From the IMG/VR virus record IMGVR_UViG_3300037349_000099, positions 2,076 through 66,075 of that record: a DNA stretch of 64,000 nucleotides; one strand, 5' to 3'. The stretch comes from a virus (taxonomy: Duplodnaviria; Caudoviricetes). The notes under the pieces are model-generated. The model saw only the letters and a list, made by a program, of their open reading frames with translations. It did no database searches and was not told the origin of the DNA. This document shows positions 19,186 through 29,100 of the stretch, in pieces; position 1 is the stretch's first letter; each line of letters starts with the position of its first letter. The translations under genes were made by a program, and so were the position numbers.

Positions 19186-19821
19186 TCATTGATCCCCTTC
19201 CTTCTTTGTGCCCATGCGAATCAACTGAAAAGCCATAGGCGCGCCATTAGCCCCGGTGTTCTCCACCTTCTCCTTGAGCATCCCGAACCGCTTGTAGGCG
19301 GTACTGAGCATTGTGGCTTTGACCGCCGCCGGCGTCTCCGTGCTGTCCAGCAGAGCAACCGTGTGGGAGTCGAGCAAGTCCTCGGTCAGTCCGCGAGCCC
19401 GCGCCCTGATTTCCGCCTTGGCTTGCTCTATCTGCTCGAGCTTCGCATCGATGATTGCGCGCACGGACGGCTTGCGCCAGTAGCCCGCGAGAATCGCAGG
19501 CTCAAGACCAACGACCCGCGCTACCTTGGTTACCGTCACTGTATGGTCGCGCGCTGGGAGATCGAGCCAGCACTCGATGGCCAGTTGAACCTTGGCGGGC
19601 AGGTGCAGAGCGCTGTTAACTATCATGTTCGCCACAACCGTTGGCGTCGGCATTCCAGCGGCGGCTCTGGCCGCCTCGGCTGTAACCCTCTCCTCGGTTG
19701 CCTGATCGTCTTGGAGTTTCTGTTCTTTGGCTGCGTTTATCTCCGCCCGCGTCCTGCGGGGCTTACCCAGCGGGGTCAGTCTGCGCGGTGCTGCCTCTCC
19801 CGGCTTGCGTCCATTCGGCAT
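19186..19821 (-). CDS. Probable terminase small subunit
   Basis: HTH-like segment (VARVVGL...W.KPSVRA.I), GML.EKVE.TG.NG tail, directly upstream of terL. Confidence 0.6.
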   Translation of the reverse strand: MPNGRKPGEAAPRRLTPLGKPRRTRAEINAAKEQKLQDDQATEERVTAEAARAAAGMPTPTVVANMIVNSALHLPAKVQLAIECWLDLPARDHTVTVTKVARVVGLEPAILAGYWRKPSVRAIIDAKLEQIEQAKAEIRARARGLTEDLLDSHTVALLDSTETPAAVKATMLSTAYKRFGMLKEKVENTGANGAPMAFQLIRMGTKKEGDQ

Positions 19822-19839
19822 TTCGGTCCTCTTGTGGTT

Positions 19840-20169
19840 CTATGATGGTGCCTCTACTAAATGCGGAAGAAGGCTATGAATGGTAAAAGACTTCGTTGCC
19901 TCATGGCTGGCATCATCGACCATTTGCTGCGTCGTCGGCACCTCAATAATTGCGCCGGTCCAGCCAAGCGTGAACAGTGTGTCTCCGACGCGAAGAATGT
20001 TTCCTGGATCCCAAAGAAAAACTCGATCTCCGTCCATCTTGAGACTTGCCACCTGACCTATCTCCGAACCGGTATTTGCGTTTGGCGATGGCCATGGGCG
20101 CATTACCTTAAAGACGTTGCCGCTGAAAGTTAAAAGGCCCTCTGCTTCCGTAAAAACTTTATCGGTCAT
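19840..20169 (-). CDS. Hypothetical protein
   Basis: AGGAG RBS; lies between the giant gene and terS. Confidence 0.6.
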   Translation of the reverse strand: MTDKVFTEAEGLLTFSGNVFKVMRPWPSPNANTGSEIGQVASLKMDGDRVFLWDPGNILRVGDTLFTLGWTGAIIEVPTTQQMVDDASHEATKSFTIHSLLPHLVEAPS

Positions 20170-20190
20170 CTCGGTGCTCCTTGCTCCTAT

Positions 20191-23100
20191 TTATACCACC
20201 GGACCTACTGCCGGACCTTTGAATTTAGGCTTCGGATTCAAAGCGTCCGAGTAGGCTTTCTTCATCGTCACCTTTTGCTCCGCACTCATGTCGCTGTCGT
20301 CGTCAATAGTTCTCGCCTTGTGCCCAATCACCGGCCTGAGTTGTTTCTGCTCGTCCGGTGTGGCAGCAAGGTAGACGTTCAGCGCCTGCTCGTGATGCAG
20401 ATCCCGCGTGGCTGCGACGATGGGCTGCACTCTAGCCTGAAACCTTGCTTTAGCCAGGTCGCTCTCGTCCAAGATGTCAGCCGTCTTATAGGCGTCGATC
20501 ACCTTCTGATCGAACCCGGGCTTGCCTGTAGCTTTGGCTCGGTACATATCTTCGACAACATGCTTGGCATTGCGGCGGTCGGCCTCTCGCTGCGTCCTGG
20601 TGCCCGGCGTGTAGTTGGCGCGCTCGTAGTCCCGCGCCATGTTGACAGCCTTCGAGTTCTGGATGAAGGCGGGAGCTTGGTTGAAGCCGAAGAAACTCTC
20701 GGCAACTGGAGCCGGGTTATGGATGGCGGTCTGGATCATGGACCATGCGTTGTCTTGTGCGCCTCTCTCTTCGAGGAGATGGGCTGCTCCTGTGGCTGAG
20801 AACGGCAACTCCTGCTTTGCTGACCACCCTGCGAACTCTTCGGCCTGCTTGGGCGCTGAGTCGTCCGTGTGCCGTATCTCGGTGCGGTAAAAGTCTTGGT
20901 TGTTGATCGCTTGACCGATGACACTCCAGAGCGGCGCAATCTTGTTGATGACCGTCTGTTCCGGATGCTTGACGAAACTCACGATCTGGTCCGGGTATCC
21001 CGCGATGGAGTGCATGATACCGTGTGAGTCCTCGATGTAGAGGTAGTGCAGTGGGTCTTTGGGAAGATGCCCCGTGCAGAGAAACGTGCCCGCCGCTCCC
21101 AGGATCGCCGTGCAGAGGAACGAACTGAGGGCAAATGACATCCTCGGGGTGATCCTCGCCTCTTTCCCATGGCCGGTGGCGACAAGACCGGCAGCCTTCG
21201 CGGTGTCCACGATGGCTCCGCCGTAGATTCTCACGTCGCCATTGGTGTATCCAACCGCCCTGAATGTCAACTGCAGCGCATCTTTCAGCCCGCGAGGCCA
21301 GAAGCGATTCTCGTAAACGATCTGCCCGAACCTGTCGTCCACGGCGTCCCATGCCTCCTGCATACGCTCGCGGAGTTTTTCGGGTGTCCAGTTCTTTTTC
21401 TGCGCCTCTTCTAAAAGGTTGTGAGCCATCAGGTAGAAGGCTCCAATCTTCATCTTCGGCACCCAGAATTCAAGGACAGGCCACACGCCGGCTTGAAGCA
21501 GTGCGCCCGGCAGGGACTTCGCCTTATCCCAATTGGTGCCGCTGTTCCACGCATTGATTGCCTTCCGAATCGGACTCAACTCCAGAGTAGATGGAGCAAG
21601 CCTTCCGCCCGATCGCGCAATCCAGTCGGCCTCCTTCTCCATCTCCGGGTAGGTGCCGGGCTTCATATACTCGCGGGTTGCCTTCCATCCGTTCTTGATG
21701 GTCCGTACCAGAGACGGCAGGAGGGCGATTCCGGCCAGAGCGTTGCCAGCGGCCTTGACGGGCTTGCCCTGGAAGAGCTGCTCGACACCCAGGGAAACAT
21801 CAGATGCCGCCGCGTTGACGGTCGTAACCGTCGCGTGGAAGGCTGAGATGCCCAACTGCATAGCGTTGAGGTTATTGTTAGCCCAGCGCAGCGCGTCGAA
21901 TATCGCAGACCGGCCCGCGAGTCCCTTGGACACGAAGTTGTTGAACACCTTGGCTGCATCAGCCGGGGCCCAGTAGTGGCCGGTGATGACCAGAGCTTTG
22001 CCGCTGGCATCTTCTAAGTCTTCGATGGCAATGCTGGGGATGGGACGCTTGCCGCCCATGTAAGTCTTGTCGTAAGTCGCGCCCTCAACCTTCTGATCGT
22101 CGATCGTGGTGGCGCGGCGCCATACTGTGCCGATCTTGTCGTCGATTTTGTCCCAGCCTTCCGGCGCTTGCGTTCCGGCTCTGACAAACTTGGCTGTCCC
22201 CGAGTCCTTAATCACCTTCAATAACTGGTGCGCCATGATGAATTGGTCCATCTCGTAAATCTTCATCAGTGCGCCGCGGACAGGGTTCCATGTTGCCGGG
22301 GTGAGCCCGATGTCGATGCCGTCGCGCGTGGTGGGGATCTTCCGCTGCTTCCTGAATGACGCCTTGCCTTCTAGTGGGCGCTTGCCGACGCCCATGAACT
22401 TCTTAATCGTCTTGCGGGCTAGACTGGGGCGCTCCCACCAGTGGGCGAAGTAGTTGTCGATCCAGTCATTGATTGGACCAAAGCCCATGGCGTCGATGTA
22501 GTCCTTGCGCTCCTGATACGCCTTCTCAAGTATCCCGGCCAACTGCTGATCCTTCACACTGAGGTCGGCCACTGTCTTGCCGCCAACATGCTCCACAGCA
22601 TCGGCAAAGGCTAGAAAGTCAGCCCTGGGGCGCTTGTCCCATGCGTTCGACTCCTGCTCCAGCGCAGCCAGCGCGCGGGCCATGCGGCGGTCCATCTGGC
22701 CACGCTCCTCGCGCATGATAGCTTGCTGAGTCTTTCCGGGCGTGGGACCGTCGCCAGCCCACTGGTAGATGCCGCCAGCCATGCCGGGGAATAGTTGGTT
22801 GACAACTGCGGGGTTGAGGAAGCCGAAGGCGGAGAGGGTGCCGGAGTCGGGGAGGTTGGCGCCACGACCGCCCTGCAGGAACTTCTTGGCCGTGTCTTTC
22901 GGGCTGGAAGGTTCCGGACCATCCTCTACGTCGTCGCCCTCTTCCTCTTGTTCCTCTGCCGGCTCAGGCTCTGCGCTGGTATCGACCTCTGCTGCGGTCT
23001 CTTCCTTGTCCGCCTGCGAACCAGAGTTGACGTTGCCCAGACCGAGGCGCTTCTCAACCTCATCAAGATCGGCGCGGACCTTCTCCAGTTCCTTCTGCTC

Positions 23101-26100
23101 GGGGAACTCCTCGCGATCGGCGAGCTTCTGGAATTGGGGCTTGTCCTCTTCGTTGGCCGCAATCGACTTGACTTCGCGCGCAATATGCTTCGGGATGCTG
23201 CGCATATTGGCTTCAATGGAGCGCACGAGCGACTCCATCGTGTACTGAGGCGCGCGGTTGTTGTGGAAGTAACTGCTGGATTCCTCGAACTCCAGGTCAT
23301 AAGAGACGGAGGGAACGTCTATCCAGTGGGTCCCGTCCTTGCCGATGACATTAGGGTCATGCTCCTTGATGGTTCCCGTCGGATCAACCGATACCTCGAC
23401 CCCGTTTACCTTCATATAGAAGCGAACCCCGGGTATGGCCATCGCTTCGATGTACTCGCCCGCCGATTTGCGATCGGTGAACTTCTTGCCGTCAACCTCC
23501 ATTGTGAAGCCGTCGCCGTCCGGTCCCTTGGCCTTGTCGATGGCTGCCTGGGCCAACTCCATGCGAATAACGGCGCGCTTTGAGCTGGCTATGCTGCTAT
23601 CGATGCTGCGCACTCTGGAGTGCGCATCCCGCTTCGATGCCTCAAACCCGCGCTCCACGGTCTGCAACTGCGCCAGCTTCATTTCGAGGTCGTACTTGAG
23701 CTTGATGTCGGGATTGCCCGACGCGGCAACCTTCATCTCCTCCAGCGACATAACCATATCCGCGGCTGCATCGGTAATCGTGCGGCTGGCAGAACGTCCG
23801 GAAAGAATCTGCGAGAGGAACTCGGCTTTCGATTGCAATGTTTGAGCCATGTACGCGTCGAAACTGCGCTCGGTCAGGTAGTTGTAGATCCGCACCGACT
23901 TGTTCATGTTCCCTTGGCGCAGGATGCGACCCTCGCGCTGGGTGAGGTCGCCAGGCCTCCAGGTAAGGTCGATGTGATGGAGAGCTTTGAGGCGCTGCTG
24001 TGCGTTCGTACCTGCGCCCATGCGCTGCGTTGACCCCAGCAGGATACGGACGTCGCCAGCGTTCACCCGTTCAAACAAGGCTTGGCGTTTCGCCCTGGTG
24101 TTGTAGTCCCCGATGATGGCGATTTCCTCGGGCTTGACCCCGCCGTCGATCAACTTCTGCCGCATGTCTTTGTATAGGTTGAGGAGTTCGTTGTCCTTGT
24201 CGTCCGTCGCCCGGTACATATCGAGGAAGACCATTTGCGTGAGTTTATCTTCCTCGCCCGCACGGTGTTCCTTGAGGATTTGGCGGACGGCAACATTGAT
24301 CTTCGAATCAACCTCGTCCTTGATTGCAGCGTCCAGCAGGCGCAGGTCTGTGGCAGCCTTCCGGCCCTCGCTCGTGACCTTGAGCATGTTGTCTTCGTCG
24401 GGGCGCACACTACCGCTCCGGATGGCCTCCGCGCGCTGCATCAGGTCTTTGACAACCTCGTCGAGCTTCTCGGAGCCTGGGACCGTGATTACGATGGGCT
24501 TGCCACCTTCAAGCTCTGGCCGCTTTAGATTCAGGTCGGCCGCCGTCTTCACATCGGCAAAGGCGCGGAACATGCGCATCAACTCTGGCACGTTCTGGAA
24601 GCGAGCAAACTTGGACCGGGCCTTGAAGCTGCGCCCGTCTGCCGAGAGTTCCATCGCCGTGATGACGCTGCCGAAGTTGGCCGCCCAGTCGTCGAAGTAT
24701 TTGATTCCGGCGCGCTCCAGCACGTCTGGCGCAACATACTTCATCATCGTGTAGAGTTCGGCCATCGTGTTCTGTACGGGTGTTCCTGTGGCGAAGAAGA
24801 CGCCGCGGCCGTTGTTTACTTCCTGCAGGTACTGGAGTTTGGCCAGAAGACGGAAGGACCGTTTCGAGTTCGCCTGCTGCAATCCGGCAATGCGCTGCAT
24901 CTTCGTGAAGTATTTGAGGTTCTTGTACTCGTGCGCCTCGTCGATAAACAGGGCATCCACGCCGGTATCGTCGAACCCGATGGCCTTGTCGGCCTTGAGG
25001 TCGGAGAGTTCCTTCAACCTTTCCTTGAACTGGAGACGGGACTTCACCAACTGCTTGACCGTTTGGCTCTTGCGCTTCTGCTTGTCCGACGCTGCTTTCG
25101 CTTCGGCCTGTTCAATGGTCAATCCTGCGTAATCCGGGTCGTCGGCAATCGCGCCGCGCAGCGCATCGTCCAGTTGATCTATCTCGCCCTGGATCGTCTT
25201 CTTCTGGCGCTCGGGCGAGATGTCCATGAGGTTGAACTGGGAGTGGGGCAGGATGATGCAGTCGTAGTCGCCGGTCGCAATCTGGCTCATAATGCGCTGG
25301 CGGTTCTTCGAGTCGAAGTCTTTCTCGGTCGGCACAAGGATGTTCGCACCGGGGTAGAGAAAGAGAAACTCTTTGCGGAACTGGTCGACGATATGGTTGG
25401 GCACGGCGATCATTGGCTTCTTGAAGACGCCAGTGCGCCGGCCTTCCATAACCGCAGCGACCATTTCGAACGTCTTTCCAGCGCCAACCTCGTGCGCAAG
25501 CAGCGCGCGCCCGTCCTGAATCATGCGCCAGATGGCATTGACCTGGTGGGGTTCGAGCTTGATTTCCGGGTTCATGCCCGGGAAGGTGAGGAAACTGCCG
25601 TCGTACTCCTGCTCGGCCAGGTTGTTGAAAGCGTAGTTGTACGCCTTTTCCAGTGGCTCTTTCCAGTCCTTCGAGTTCAGTGCCCACTTCTGGAACTCCT
25701 GCCGGATACGCTCCTGCATGGCGCGGGCATTGGTGGTCTCATCGGCATTGAGTATCTGCTTCTTATCTACGATGTCGTAGATCGTGGTCTGCTTGAGATT
25801 TAGCGCGTCTTGCAACAGGTCCGCACCATGGATGCGCTGGGTAGCCCACTGGTTCGTGTTCTCCGGTGTGCGGGAGTTGTCGAGTTCCACGCTCCACGTT
25901 CCATCTGTGTATGTGAATGTGCCATCGCTCTTGAATGTGTCTTTGGCGAACTGCTCCAGGGCTGGGATGGGAATCCACGTTCCACCGAGCCGAACAGAAA
26001 TGCTGGTCGCCGGATCGTCGGTGATGTGGAGGAATGCAGGCTGCACCTTTTCCAGTGCATCGACGTTGGCCTGGTACTCTTTGTTGCCCTGGGCGACCGC

Positions 26101-29100
26101 TGCTTTGGCGTCGTCGAGTTTGGTCCGGACATAGCCAGAAAGGTACTTCTCGCGGGTTTGGTACTCGCCACTGATCGGGTCACGGAACAGCACACCAGCA
26201 TCTATCAGGCTCTGCGCAGCCTCCTTGGGCGTCTTGCCCTGGAGTTGCGCCATGAGGTCAACGTCGGGGTAGCCGCGCTCGGCAAGGACTTGCTGCAGAG
26301 CTTCGCCGGGGTCTTGAGAGATGGACGTGAGGGACTGCCGGGGGTAGATGGTGCGCTTGCGGAAGATGTCGGCGGGTGTCGATTCCTTCTTTGCCCGGTC
26401 GTAGTTCTCCAAGGCCAGCAGGCGAGGATAGTGCGGATCTTCATTGAAGATGCGGTTAGCCGTTGAGTTGACCAGCCCGTACTGCTTGACGAACGAGTTG
26501 TACTGCTTTTCGAGTTGCGCGCGGGAGTGGGCAATCTGCTTGTTCGATGCCTCATCGTCAGGCAGTGTCTTCATTTCGTAGAGCAACCGATTCATCGTCT
26601 CCCGCAACTTAACCATCGCCTTGATGCGCGAGGTTTTCGGGATGCTCTTGATCTTCCCCTTGTCCATGGCCGCCGGCGGATAGACAAGTTTCCCCTCCCG
26701 CCGCTGTTTGAGGATGCCCTTGTCGTCCACAACGTACTGATATTCCTGCACGTTGTCCTCAGCGTAGACGGCCTCGGTCTCTGCCTGGTTGGCGCCGGTC
26801 GGCTTCGGTGCCGTCTTGACGATGTTCTTGGGGATGCGGTCGAGGGCTTCTTTCAACAGGTCGGCGATTGGCCGCTCTGGTTTCTTCAAGGCGAATCGCT
26901 GGTTGCCGCGCATCTTTTTCGACGATACTGCGGTTCCAAGCATATTTTCTGGGTGCGCCAGATAATACTCGTTGAATGGATGCTCGTGCATTTTTCCCGG
27001 CTCCTGCTCAAGCGGGAACTTTGTAGGCACTGCTTTCATCCACGACTCGCCGCCGGGTTCCTCGCCTGGAAGCCGCTTGCGCAGGATGATGAGGTCGGTC
27101 GTTACGTCCGTGCCGGCGTTCGCCTTGAACGCGGAGGATGGAAGGCGGAAGGCGGAAACAAGGTCGGCCTGTCCTGCCAGGGCCTCACGAATGGCGGAAC
27201 TCTGCCGGTCCATGGTGCCCGTCGAAGTGATGAAAGCGACCAGCCCGCCGGGTTTCACCTTGTCCATGGACTTCACGAAAAAGTAATCGTGGAGCATGGC
27301 ATTGAGTTTGGGATAGTTGCGGTCGTAGACGTTGACTTCGAAGAATGGGACGTTGGAGATGGCGAGGTCCATCTCGTTGTTGGGCAGGATCAGGTCTTCG
27401 AATGGCTTATTGAATATCTGCGCCTCGGGGTAGAGGAGCTTAGAGATTCCAGCCGAGACCGTATCTTTGTCGTTTCCAACCGCCTGCACCTTGGAGCGGA
27501 TCTCGGGCGGCATCATGCCCAGGAAGTTGCCCACTCCCATGGCTGGCTCAAGCACGTTGCCGGACTTGAAGCCCATCTTCTTCACTGCATCCCACATGAA
27601 CCGGACCAGCTCGGGAGATGTGTAGTGAGCGTTGATGGTCGAGTCTTCGGCTTCCTTGTACTCGTCTGGCGTCAGGAGTTCCCTGAGCCGCTTGTTGGCC
27701 GCTCTCCACCGTTCGCGCTCACGCTTGTACTCGGGGGTCTCTGTGGCCTTGTTTTTCCAGTAGCGGGCCTGATAGTCGTAGCCGCCTTCGGGGCTGTAGT
27801 CCTCGGGCGATTCTTCTTCGCGGGACTGTTTGAGGTACTCCTCATTGAACACGCGCGAGAGCGCACCCCAGCCGACGTAATTGGCGAGCTTAGTCTTTTC
27901 GTCGTCTGTGGCTTTGCGGGGGTTCTGCTGGATGTCGCGGAGAATCTCAAGGGCTGCCATGTTGCCATCGAGCTTGGCGAGAGGACCGCCGGATATGGCC
28001 CAGTCCTCGGGATGCTCGTACCAGTCCTTGTTGCGCCTAGGGGTCGGCTTGCGGGATTCCTTCTCCGCTTCCTCTATTACTGGTCCTGCCGGGGAAAGAT
28101 CAATTCCCTCATCGCTTCCCGCCCCTGGTCCGGGTTGTGGCCGGCCGCTTCGTACTCTTGGAGCACCCGGACGCACGACAGGGCCGTGTTCTTTATCGCC
28201 TTCTGGAGATAGTTCTGATTTATCAGTTCCCTCACGAACGCTTTCCGGTGCTGGCGCCACTCCCGCTCTATCTCGGCCTCCAGTATCGGCAGCCGGGCGT
28301 CCTCCTCCGGTTTCACTTCGACTCGTGGGCTCATGGGGTGCCTCCGTGCTGGGTTTAGTTTCCTCCTTCTCCACAGATTTTTCAACAGGCTTCTCGACTC
28401 GACCCGCGCTGCTGATCCTCATGCCGGGATACTTCTCGGCCAGCAACTGCTCGGCATGGCGTCGGTTCTCGGCCTCGATCTGGACCGTCTTCGGGTGCGG
28501 ATCGCCAGCGTACTTCGAGACTTCGGCCTCGTAGGTGTGCATTTCCGGCTTCGCACCTAGCGGGCTCGTCCCGGCCATTGGCGCTACCTGGGGAGTCGGA
28601 GGCTTGTAGAAGGAGCGTGCGGGCTTCGCGGCACTGACCTTCCGTCCTGCTTCAACGTAAAGTTTGTTTGCCTCTGAGCGTGGAATGTCCAACTGCTTCG
28701 CAATCTCGTCCACGACCCCGCCAGGATTGAACCTCTCCATGTCCGGGTTTGCTTTGATTATTGCGGCAGCCTGAGAAACTTTGTCTTCTACTTCTTCTTT
28801 CCCTTCCCCACCGCCTTGCTGACCCAGTGGCTTTTCTTCGCCGGCGGCATGGGCATCTGCTGCTGGCTTCCGCTCATCGGCGGCGCCTGCGGGTTTGGCT
28901 CCGGCATTGGAGCCTGCTGGTTTTTCTTCTTGCGGAACATCGACGCTCCGCTGACTCGCTGTTTCTGCATCGGCATTTGGTTTGCCGCTGATCCCAGGTT
29001 TTGCTGCATTGTTGTTATTCCCTTCCGGCTGCGGTTCAGCCAATAGCTTGCCTGTGTTGCGCTCGACCGGCACAGCCCTGTCGTCGTACAGGGATACCAT

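Noticed and set aside
26515-28212. 565-aa + strand ORF and other long antisense ORFs (e.g. 45952-47364, 36621-37673, 15261-16475, 9945-10895)
   Set aside because: Shadow frames of high-GC coding genes; no RBS or recognisable motifs.
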